Shown: positions 13,159-24,199 of the stretch, piece after piece
How positions within the stretch are numbered: the first letter of the stretch is position 1
Layout: each line of letters opens with the position of its first letter
Source of the DNA: Schmidtea polychroa
Taxonomy: Eukaryota
Direction: 5' to 3'
Assembly (NCBI GenBank): GCA_044892525.1
Contig: CM097887.1
Location: 7,812,001 to 7,876,000 of the forward strand
DNA length: 64,000 nt
Translations under genes and position numbers: made by a program
Notes under the pieces: model-generated
Told to the model about the DNA's origin: nothing
The model's database searches: none
Seen by the model: the letters and a program-made list of their open reading frames with translations, nothing else

Positions 13159-13689
13159 ATGTCGAAAAATAAAACAACTACGACTCATGTTTTTCGTGCG
13201 CCGACAAGAATGCGATTATTAAAACGCTGCAGACCAAGGTACGTCTACTGAAGAAGAAGACCGACTATCTTGAAGAGATATATTTCACGTTCGCCCAAAT
13301 GAAAGAAATGTGGATGAATTTGTCGCGAGCTGAGCACTGTCGCGATAGCCTGATCGAAGAGAGCCGTTCGTTTTCTACTGCTACTCAAGTGGCAGTCTGA
13401 GGTCCTGCACAATGTCTACGTGCAGGCAACGATCACGAAAAAGATCGCCTCTTTTCCTATCTTGGAAGAACACAATGTTTTTCCGGGCCATCATCGACCC
13501 CAATTCAGTTTGAAGATCGAGCCTGCAGCAGTTGCGTGGACGACCTCTTATCTCCCACGATATTTGACGTTCACATCGCCGCTTCCGTTCCGTGTGATTC
13601 CGCCATCCAGTACCGACTGGGAAGAGAATGCAAGAGATTTATTCGATCTCAACACAATTTTCGCCGAAGCTTCCCCATCGACTCTGTAA
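13159..13689 (+). pseudogene. Family B pseudogene
   Basis: CFSCADKN..AQMKE..HCRDSLIEESR..PILEEHNVFPGHH matches the 8537-9298 ORF, with frameshifts and stops; acceptor ctttAG 2 nt before the ATG. Confidence 0.85.
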
Positions 13690-14979
13690 CCATACGCATG
13701 GAATCTATATTATGGAAATTGAATGAATGAATCTAATAAATCTATTATATTGTAATGACTTATGAGGGCGTATTTCTGGGTTGTGTAGTTATCAATGTTC
13801 TTAAATATATTTATTTGAATAAATGTTGAGTAACGTAGAGATGGTAGTCCAGTTTTCTTAATGTTCTCTGTGGTGTGGTTAAATCGGGTAAGAGTGTGAT
13901 GACGTATGGGTTGTTAGAAGATGGAAGGATGTTAAAAACTTTGAAGCTCAAATACTACATAATAGGAACAAATAGGTACAGAGTAAATGTACATGTGGAC
14001 AATGGTCAATGATGATGGTATCTATGCGATGAAAAGAATAAACATTATTGTGATAACTTATTATTAACAATTTGATTTATACTAATTTATTCTTGATGAC
14101 ATTATAATAAATTTGTATTGTTGTTATTGTGATCGTTATTATTATTATTGTTTGGTNNNNNNNNNNNNNNNNNNNNNNNNNNNNNNNNNNNNNNNNNNNN
14201 NNNNNNNNNNNNNNNNNNNNNNNNNNNNNNNNNNNNNNNNNNNNNNNNNNNNNNNNNNNNNNNNNNNNNNNNNNNNNNNNNNNNNNNNNTTGTTATTATT
14301 ATAATTATTAATATAATTATTTCAATTATTTGGTTTATTCTTGTGCACTAAGTGCATTCAATCAAAAACGTTTATTTTGTGCAATAAGTGCACTAGAAAA
14401 ATTTAATTTTTTTGAAAAAAATAAAAATCAAAAAAAATAATTTATTCTTTGTAATTCAACATATTTAACAAACTTATAGCTCAAAATTTCCGTGTTGTCT
14501 CTCGTTTGTTTTTTGCTATTTATTATTTTAAATGACCTTTTGACCAGTCATGGACATTATCGATTTTTTGATATTCTATAGAAACTTCAAATTTGTAATA
14601 ATTGAATGTATTTTTAACATTATATATTGTGATTTTTGGAATTGAGTAAAAAAATTAATTATATTAAATTATCGATTGTGCACAGTGCAAAGTGTGTAAT
14701 TTGCAGTAAATACCGTTTTCGGTAATAAAACTATACAAATGATTATATTGATTTTAGCTGTTATTTTCGAGTAATTTATTACGTTATAACCACTTAGAAA
14801 ATTTTTAGAAGTGGAATGTCAACAGGGATTTCATATATAAGTCGACTGATTTCTCAGTCAAACCACCCAAAAAATAAGAGTTTCTAAGAAGAATTTTTCA
14901 AATTCAGAAATTGATATTGCAATATAATTTAGAGCATACCTATTTTACACATCCGAACTCATAAGAAAAATAACAAAAA

Positions 14980-15390
14980 TTAATATTTATTTAAATATTT
15001 AAATAACATATACAATAAAACAACTCCTGGTGTTAGTTTAATATAAGTTTTCATTTTTCTTTTGATTTCATAAGTTTCTTTAGCATTGCGGGCGAGTTGA
15101 TTGAGTGTATCCCATCTGCCATTAGCTTCTATCCATGGACTAAACTTGGATTTGATTATCTAAAAGAAAATAATAATAATAATAATGAATAAAAATAAAT
15201 TTACTTCTAAAGACCACTGATAATAATGTTCTGAGTCATGTTGGCTTTTCACAATGATTATCTTCATGTAGGTGAACCCTATAATAATTCTTGTCCATTT
15301 CATGTCTTCATCGCAGAGACATTGAAATATATTGTTAAAATAAATCTTCTTTGATTCAAGACAATCCATATCAAGCATGTTCTGGTAGTC
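14980..15390 (-). pseudogene. BCL-2 family homologue, copy 1 (5' part degenerate or lost in the N gap)
   Basis: BH1-like FNNIFQCLCDEDMKWTRIIIGFTY, short phase-0 GT-AG intron (~15160-15204), BH2-like PWIEANGRWDTL and hydrophobic tail GVVLLYMLFKYLNKY*. Confidence 0.7.
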
Positions 15391-15669
15391 AATATAAAGT
15401 CAATATTTAAATGGCCATTGTTAATTTTAAATTATTTTATTGTTTATAAATGTATTAATTTAANNNNNNNNNNNNNNNNNNNNNNNNNNNNNNNNNNNNN
15501 NNNNNNNNNNNNNNNNNNNNNNNNNNNNNNNNNNNNNNNNNNNNNNNNNNNNNNNNNNNNNNNNNNNNNNNNNNNNNNNNNNNNNNNNNNNNNNNNNNNC
15601 ATGCACGTGTAATTTAACAAAGATGTTTTTATGTGAGTAGAAGTTACTCACTTAGTAACAATTACTCAT

Positions 15670-16445
15670 CGATGAGTCATATTCAGATAACAAAGAATCG
15701 AGTATATTTCTTATCAATCGGTATTCTGATTGGTTATATATAATCGATGCTTTATATATCTTTTTCAAATGATCGAGGTAATTATTATTTTTTGTAAATT
15801 TTTAATGATTTAAATTTTTTATAATTTAATTTTTTTTTATGATTAATTTTTGATTTTTTATGCAACAAATATTTTATGAAACCAATAAATGAAACCAGTT
15901 TTTATGAAAACAAATTTTATTAAACCAATTTATATGAAGAAATGGGTATGTTTATATTATTATTATAATTATAATTATTATTATTATTATTCTGTATCGA
16001 TATATCCAATAATTTTTGGTTTACCAAAAAAACAAGTTTTTGTTCTAAAAAGTAGATGATGAATCGTGTGATGAGTCTTTGTTTTAAAAATAAATGATTT
16101 GTCTTTGTTTTAAAAAGGATGAGTCATTTAAATTTAAATGTCTTAGTTTAAATATTTGTTAAATGTCTTTGTATTAAAAATGATGAGTCATATGTACTTT
16201 AATTACCTTAATGAATCATCGATGAGTCACCTGGCCTTGTTACTAAATATAGAATAACCCTGACCGAGTTACTAAAAATATAATGAGCTTGATGACTCAT
16301 AGGTGACGTCATCAATGAGTCACATGACATTGGCATAGTTACTATGGTTACCACGGTTGCTACGGATGAGTCATATGTCATGATTTAGTGATGAGTCATC
16401 ACGGGGGGTAGTGCAAAAAATGACGAAAAAACGATGAGTCATGGA
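15670..16445. promoter_or_regulatory. Dense array of AP-1 (TGA[G/C]TCA) sites plus a CRE (TGACGTCA)
   Basis: About nine TGAGTCA/TGACTCA sites, mostly as gatgagtcat, in ~770 bp; one TGACGTCA near 16305. Confidence 0.6.
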
Positions 16446-17022
16446 GCACACTTCCTTCTACTGTAACCCATAATGGTCCAACGAACAAAGATAATGCCCC
16501 GCCTGGTCTTCTGCGCGCATTATCTTCTCCTTGTTCTTTTCAAATTAATCATTGTGTCACGCTAATAGGCCCGAATCTCCTTTCTATTTACTTTTCTCTT
16601 TATTTACTCAGCTTGGGTTTCCTTCCTCTCTCGGGTTCTCTATTGGCTCGGGTTTCCCATAAGCTGGGGTTTCCTATTAGCCAATTAATTAACGTTTTCT
16701 CTTTTCAGACATTTGAATGCTTTTCGACCTTTTCTAACCATTTTCTAATAAATCCCTAATCATCATCTTGTTTACCATTAGCTAATCTATACCTGTCCCG
16801 TTTTCCAAATTCTATTTCTATGATTTTACAATTTATTGATTGATTTGAATAAACACAAAAAAGAGAATTTGTAAAGAGAATCTTTAGAACAGGAACTTCA
16901 GAAATTTTATTGAAAATAGAGCAAAATAAACATCTATGTCCTGATGATATATTAAGAACAGGAACTTCAGGATTTTCTTTGGAAACAGACCAATTAAATG
17001 ACATTTTAGAGAAAATTTGAAT

Positions 17023-17256
17023 TTCCGACCCCCAAATCTGGATAGACGACCCAGTTGCAGCACATAGCCAATATATGTTTGGCAAGAGGATAAATTTGGG
17101 TAGATCCCACAACACTTAAGTTCCGACTCAGGACTCAGACAATACATATTGACCATCATTTGATATAGCAGCCTCATCTTCAAGGTTATCCCAAATAATC
17201 ATGGATTTATCCCTTGAAGCAGAAATATGACTGTTTGAATAGATATTGGTTGCAAT
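17023..17256 (-). pseudogene. RACK1: RACK1 fragment with internal deletion
   Basis: IAT..ISASRDKSMIIW, ISNDGQYVLS..LWDL and PNIYWLCAATGSSIQIW match RACK1 WD1, WD2 and WD6; stops present. Confidence 0.85.
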
Positions 17257-17550
17257 CATTGATTTTGAATAGGCCATGATCACACGACTATTGATTTTCA
17301 TTGTTTCTGGTTTTCATGAAATAAACGCCAACGTACTCTGATAGTCATATAATGTATGGCAACCTTCTTTAGCATATATTTCGATCATGTGTAATCTGAA
17401 CTTTTCATAAGGAGTACCTAATTCCCCAGTTTCTAATTGAATAATTCTTTCCTTCTGTTTGTTGAGTCCAAAGATTGCATATTGAAATCTTTGTTAAATG
17501 TAATTAAGATACTCTTCCACTAAAGAATCACATTTAACACCTGAAGCCAT
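17257..17550 (-). pseudogene. ADF/cofilin pseudogene fused to the RACK1 fragment
   Basis: MASGVKC..FQYAIFGL..TPYEKF..GCHTLYDY..LAFIS*KPETMKINSRVIMAYSK is a typical ADF-H sequence; no introns visible; one frameshift and two stops. Confidence 0.8.
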
Positions 17551-17682
17551 TTTAGCAAAACTTTATATATTTTCTAGAAAAAACCCTCTTTTAAACAACA
17601 TCTACCTCGAACATTCTAAAAAACAATTTTCTACAAAACAAATCAATTAACATTTGCAACGAAATTAAAAACTAGCAATTCT

Positions 17683-17745
17683 TCGCGTCTGAGTACGCAC
17701 ACTACTACGAATATCAGTCTGATAATAACGCATACACAGACGCGA
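17683..17745. repeat. Imperfect hairpin module TCGCGTCTG...CAGACGCGA
   Basis: 9-bp perfect outer stem; related copies at 46265-46319, 45772-45787 and 2471-2484. Confidence 0.7.
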
Positions 17746-18007
17746 TAAAAAACGCGGAAATCGGCTGAAACATTCATTTTTTTTGGATTTCCGGATTCTT
17801 GTCTTTCGCAATTGCTTTTGCCATTTTCTAATACTGCTTTCATCATACTTGCCTTTACTATCAATTCTGTGCATGATCACGCTTTTATTTGTCTTATTTC
17901 TTTACTTACTTTTTATTTAAATTTTCAACCTAAATTTCATTTAAATTTATTTTAATTTACATACCTCAAGAAAAGTATAATATTTAGAAATAACAACATT
18001 AACTTTT

Positions 18008-18576
18008 ATTTGTTACAAATTACATATATTACAACAACTCCCATTTTTCTCTGGCTTGCTCAAATTCTTGAGCGTTTTAAGCAAGTTCAACTAGTATGTG
18101 CCATCCGCTATTGGTATCGATCCATGCGAAAACTNNNNNNNNNNNNNNNNNNNNNNNNNNNNNNNNNNNNNNNNNNNNNNNNNNNNNNNNNNNNNNNNNN
18201 NNNNNNNNNNNNNNNNNNNNNNNNNNNNNNNNNNNNNNNNNNNNNNNNNNNNNNNNNNNNNNNNNNNNNNNNNNNNNNNNNNNNNNNNNNAATAGTGGTC
18301 AGCATCGTATAAACTTTTGTCCATAATAATCTTCATATAGGTAAAACCTATGATTATTATGGCCCACTTCATCTAGTCGTCGAAAAGAATGTCGAAGATA
18401 CTATTGAAATAAAATTTCTTCGTCTCCAGGCATTCCGTATCAAGTATGGTCTGGTAGTCGACATGGCTTCCCTCGATGATTTTCTCAGTTCGTTTAACTA
18501 GGAAACTGAGGCTTTGAGCAATATTCTCATTAACCAAACCTTTTAAGATGCTCTCAGCAAAATTTGATTGTGACAT
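18008..18576 (-). pseudogene. BCL-2 family homologue, copy 2 (spans an N gap)
   Basis: DYQTILDTECLETKKFYFNSIFDILFDD*MKWAIIIIGFTYMKII (BH1-like) and AWIDTNSGWHILVELA* (BH2-like); clearly homologous to copy 1; nonsense codons. Confidence 0.75.
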
Positions 18577-18992
18577 TGTACAATAGTTTTAAATATAATG
18601 TTTTATTTATATTAATACTGGTTTTGATTCTGATTGGTTAATAAAAATGTAAAACATAAGAGATTTGATTCGATACAAAATGAATGCGTTATTGCTACTC
18701 AGTGCAATATGTGTACAAATAATAATTTTAATAATATTAATAATATGAGTAAATCATTGTTAAATTATTGTTTAATAAATATATAGGAGTTAGGAGGGTC
18801 AGTATAACTATTAATTTAGTACTGTGACAAAAACACATAGGGATATATTAGAATAACAAAGAGATTAATGCCATATACGTTACAATTCTCCAAGGAATAA
18901 TTATTTTATTTTGGGGTTTTAAAATGAAAACGACAACTAACAAAATAACTAAATTTCAAAATAATAATTTATTTCGAGGACGAAATTTTTTT

Positions 18993-19998
18993 AAAGGGGG
19001 AGATATGTTGAGGATACCTAAATAAAAAATAACATAATAAATGAATAAATTACCTGGGGGAAGATCGTCATGACAAGTGGGACAATCTATGGGAATTCAG
19101 AAAAGAAAACGAAAGTAAAAAGAAATTAAAAATGAGAAAGATAAATCAAATAAAATGAAACAAACAAGAAATTAGAACAAAGGTCACTGTTAATTAAGAA
19201 GTACACATGAAGGTGGAATTCCAAATTCCAGAAAAACAAAATAAGGAAAAATGCCGTATCTTGACAGCTTGTCAAAGATAGCGAAATTGTCTGGAGAAGG
19301 CGGCTTAACAAAATAGGAAAATGTAAAAATATGTTGATATCTGTCAGAGATAAGGCTGACGTAGAGGGAAAGGAAAATGGAAAACAAAATCTGTCACGAG
19401 TGTCACAAATAAAATAACTATATAAAGGAAAACTGGTGGACACGAAATCAGAACAAAATTTGGAAAAGTGGGAACAAAATTTGAGATAATTTGAGAGACT
19501 ATTTGAGATACAATTTAAGAAAAAAGTATAGAGACGAATTTGGGAGATAAAATTATTGTGAAAAGAATTGTAAAGAAAGTAATTGTGAAGAATAATTGTT
19601 GGAGAAGATTTGAATAAAAGAATTAGTTGAAAATTGAACGAAAAGAAGTTACTTGAGTATTTGAATAAATTGCGAAGAAGGTCAAAGAAAACAACCAGCT
19701 CAAAGTTCCAGTTGATAAATCAATCAGTAATTTGTGATCTTTAAATCCGGTGTTATACACAAGTGCTAATCCTTACCGAGTGTTGTAATAAGCATTGTAT
19801 AGTCGCCAAGCAAAGTGTTGAATTGATTGTCAGTGTAAAGAGAAAATTCATTTGTGATTATCAATAAAGATTTCTGTTGTCAAGTGTTATTTGTGGATCG
19901 GTCAAAGACACGCTTGGAGTCAGAGTAATCACTAATTCAATAACCCAACATATATAAGAACCAGTAAGTTGAGAATCTCAAATAGTGAGACCTTAACA
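18993..19998 (+). mobile_element. 3' LTR (19006-19998) of an LTR retrotransposon with preceding polypurine tract
   Basis: aaagggggag PPT just before TGTTGAGG; ends CCTTAACA (near-perfect 8-bp terminal inverted repeat); internal tatataaagg (~19420) and aataaa (~19863). Confidence 0.75.
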
Positions 19999-21980
19999 TA
20001 GTTAAAAATAAATTTTTAAATAACAAAAAATTTCATCAAGGTCAAAGTTTTTTAAATCATATTATTTAAACAAAAGATTATATTTATAATAATAATATAG
20101 CTTACAGTGCTGTCGATATTAATTGGACCTACAGAGTGTAAAATTTAAATTATATATATTTATATGTTGGCTTTAATCACGTTGCATTTATCTCCTAACA
20201 CCTTAGTTTAAACCTTTTGGCTCGCTGAGAGTCTGCTTACTTCGCAACGCGTCTGAGGTCTATGCCGAAATCATCTAGGACTCTTTCCTCTGAAATTATT
20301 TAATGGTTTAGAAAATAAGTGAAGGATAATCTCATCCAAGATCATTACAATTAGAAAAACCTCTATATATACTATTTCACCTGTTGGGCAACCAAGAATG
20401 GTAGTTCTTTAAAAACTAATAATTGTAAAATAATTAAATTTATTGATATTGAATAATGAAACCTCTGTTGAGACAAAGCCAAACAACATATATAAAGAAT
20501 AAAGTTACTTAAAATAAATAATAACACCAAGTAAAACAAAAGTAATAAAATAATAACCACAAGCAACTACACACGTAACTTATTTCAACGCACAAAAACA
20601 CTATAGAAATCGCCGCAAAGAAACACAAATTAACAAAAATTTCATATTACCCAAGGGATAAAAGGATATGAAAAGGCGAAGAAGGCAGCAGCCTTGAGTA
20701 AGCTGCATGCCCTGGAGATCCCACAAGTGATCCCATCGGAGATGGATCTCAACATTGACTGCATGGGTTTTACTCTGAATATGTCCAACAATTCATTTGA
20801 TTTAGATAAGCTTTCTTTTGGGCGTTAAGGGGTTAATGAAATATATTATCGACGTGAATTAACTTTTGATATTTGAAATACTTCATCACACAAATTATTG
20901 CCTAAAGTTCCCTATGAATAGTGATACATGATTTATTTTCAGCAAATGCACGAAAGATTTTCAAACTATCTCGTAAAAGGAAAAATTTAATTGAATTTTA
21001 AAAAATTTAAAAAACAAACTTTTTTGAATAAATTTTTTAAAATTTATTTACAATTTGATTAAATAATTTTATATCTCAATCATATCAAGGCCAACAGTAA
21101 GAAAAAAGATTAAAAAAGAAATAAAAGGAGAGTAAGAAATACCGCGAACGATAAATTAATTTATTGTTAGTGATTAAATATGCCTGTACTACGTGATATT
21201 CGGTCGCTTCGGTAAACATTATACATATTGGGGTCCGGTGGTTAATAATTCTCACTGGGAACTAACAGATGTTTTATTTCTATGTAACAAATATTTGCAA
21301 TTCCTAGTTTCGTATTTGTATAATAACACTTGGAAAACATTTTATTTGTTTATTGAATTAGAAATATCGTTTCAATTGTTGAAAAAGAAACTGATAACAA
21401 GAACTTCACTACTGTTTGATTCCTAATTATTAATGCAATGGTATCGTACCTAGGTTATAACGGTAAGGAGGGGGAGGGTGACTGTGTTTCGTTTTGTTTA
21501 TGAAAACGATGGTTTAATTAATTATAACAAAAAGGAATATTTGATAATCTGAATTCTATAAAACATTGGGTTAGAATCTGTGCTTCACGGACCTCGAAGA
21601 CTCCTCGGCAAGTTTTCTTAAAATTTTAAAATTTCTGAAATCTTTGATGTAACAACTCACAAAAATATGTGCATGTGAATATCTGCTATTTTAAACTCAT
21701 TTTTAATATTGAGGCTCCGCCTTTGTGAAGGATATAAAATGGTGCTCCGCTGATAAAAAGGGATGAAAATCGCTACTATAAAACAATTCAATAGTAATTC
21801 CAATTATGGCACAATTACACTGATGACTGCTTATGATGTAATGACAGGCATCATTGTATTTAATTTGTCCTCCCATATAAAATATTGCACTGCGGTAAAT
21901 TATACAATATTTTGTGGTTGTTAGTGCAGGGCAAATTTATTCCCACATAGAAGCGGATGGAAATCCATAATCACTCCCAA

Positions 21981-22143
21981 TTTCAAAGGTTTATGTATGT
22001 TTCACGTTAGTCACTATTTTTGGTTAAAGTTAATAATGTAATATACATATGTTTAAAGGCAGAGCTTGATTTAATTATATTTATTTGACATTTATATTAT
22101 AAAGTAGTTGCGGATTGGTGAATAGTCGCGTTTATTATTCAGA
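21981..22143 (+). repeat. Dispersed repeat of ~160 bp, second copy at 47490-47652
   Basis: ttcaaaggtttatgtatgtttcacg...tttattattcaga is shared with only about three substitutions. Confidence 0.9.
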
Positions 22144-22696
22144 CTAATTACTATAGGAAATTGATGACAAATTACAAATTTAAATTGAATTGGCTGCAGT
22201 GCAAACCAAATTTAGTCCCACATAGAAGAAAATTTTAAAAGGCCAGAGTAATATAATTATAATTAAATAGTCTTGCAAATATTTTTTGAAAAATTAAGTT
22301 TTAACAAGTGAGGGATACCAGAATTTGTTTTAGAAATTATATTTTATTTTGGTTTTATTCCACCATAATGTTAATAAATATATTAAAGGAAGTTAATTTA
22401 AATTTTATCTTTCTACACGAATTANNNNNNNNNNNNNNNNNNNNNNNNNNNNNNNNNNNNNNNNNNNNNNNNNNNNNNNNNNNNNNNNNNNNNNNNNNNN
22501 NNNNNNNNNNNNNNNNNNNNNNNNNNNNNNNNNNNNNNNNNNNNNNNNNNNNNNNNNNNNNNNNNNNNNNNNNNNNNNNNNNNNNNNNNNNNNNNNNNNN
22601 NNNNNNNNNNNNNNNNNNNNNNNNNNNNNNNNNNNNNNNNNNNNNNNNNNNNNNNNNNNNNNNNNNNNNNNNNNNNNNNNNNNNNNNNNNNNNNNN

Positions 22697-23044
22697 TTAT
22701 TTATTATTATTACAATTTATTATTATTATTATTATTTATTATTATTATTATTATTAATATTATTTTTATTATTAATTATTTATTATTATTNNNNNNNNNN
22801 NNNNNNNNNNNNNNNNNNNNNNNNNNNNNNNNNNNNNNNNNNNNNNNNNNNNNNNNNNNNNNNNNNNNNNNNNNNNNNNNNNNNNNNNNNNNNNNNNNNN
22901 NNNNNNNNNNNNNNNNNNNNNNNNNNNNNNTTATTTATTATTATTACAATTTATTATTATTATTATTATTTATTATTATTATTATTATTAATATTATTTT
23001 TATTATTAATTATTTATTATTATTACAATTTATCATTATTACTA

Positions 23045-23103
<59 letters not shown>

Positions 23104-23110
23104 CATTATA
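22697..23110. repeat. (TTA)n microsatellite tract interrupted by an N gap
   Basis: Long ttattatta runs flanking the gaps. Confidence 0.95.
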
Positions 23111-23215
23111 TTAAATAATATAATAAATTGAATAACTGGCATTCATTTAAACAACCAATGAGAGTCTTCAAACTGAGAAATAAAACAATTGTTATTTGAG
23201 AGAATATTCACAATA

Positions 23216-23995
23216 ATGTTGTTCATTTTGTCCTTTATCATATTTCACATTGACTGCTACGGATATCCGCTTGGTGAAGGTGAAGGGATAATTAAATGTG
23301 GAATAAGTGCCTTGGAAAATCGCAAATATTTCATTATATTCAATGAGATTTGCACATTTCCGCTAGCTAATTCTTCGATTTCTAAAGAAGCTTTGCAAAA
23401 TAAAGTTTATAAAAAATTAGAAAACACTATCCTTGTACTTAGAATCGTGTCGGGAGTAAAGGAGGATCCATACAATGCAATGAATTTCATAGAAAATGAC
23501 AATAAAATTGTACAAAATGAAGACAACCTCAAAATTGTAAACTTTAGAAGCATTTTGCTGGATGAATGGAACCATCTGAAGCCGAAATATATGGACCTGA
23601 AAATGGTAGATTATTCTAACAAAGTCATAGGTAAGTTAAGGTTTATTGTAAATGAAACCGATGATTTGATGTCATGGTTCGATAAGTCAAATTGGGTGTA
23701 CTCCTATCCCTGGAATTTAACCTACCTCAAATCTCAAAATTTTGACTATTTCAAACCGTTCTTTATTACTTTGAATTATGGACAATGCCTCACGAGCAAA
23801 AGGGTGATGGGATATATTAAAAAGAATGATAAATGTGTTGGGTCCTGGTCAAATCAAACATCATTTGGCTTACATCAATTGTTGTATGTCATTACTAAAG
23901 GTTCTGAGCCAGGAAATTGGAATGAAGACTCACATCCTTACTGGTATTTGGAGGTGAGCGGCATTTACAATCCAACAATTGCTATCTATTATTAA
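23216..23995 (+). CDS. Intronless putative secreted protein (259 aa), probably a host gene
   Basis: Intact ORF from the ATG at 23216; signal-peptide-like MLFILSFIIFHIDCYG; aromatic/Cys pattern SWF..W..FFI.NYGQC..C..W recalls an unnamed extracellular domain family of invertebrates (from memory, not verified). Confidence 0.7.
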   Translation: MLFILSFIIFHIDCYGYPLGEGEGIIKCGISALENRKYFIIFNEICTFPLANSSISKEALQNKVYKKLENTILVLRIVSGVKEDPYNAMNFIENDNKIVQNEDNLKIVNFRSILLDEWNHLKPKYMDLKMVDYSNKVIGKLRFIVNETDDLMSWFDKSNWVYSYPWNLTYLKSQNFDYFKPFFITLNYGQCLTSKRVMGYIKKNDKCVGSWSNQTSFGLHQLLYVITKGSEPGNWNEDSHPYWYLEVSGIYNPTIAIYY

Positions 23996-24199
23996 CAAAT
24001 TTTATGAGAGTTTATAAATATATTGGATTAAATGCATTTTTGAAAGTAATACCAGACGAAAATGTAAGCAAACCTTTCCCATCATATGTGCTCCATAACT
24101 AGCTAACTCACAAAATTGCTTAACAGTTCTCTATTAACAGTTCTCGTAACTTGGTAAAAACTTACATATTACCTTTAGAATTCTCCAACGTAACGTTTC

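Noticed and set aside
18562-18576. Identical MSQSN start in BCL-2-like copy 2 and family A ORF (4047)
   Set aside because: Five residues only, different codons and no further similarity; treated as coincidence.
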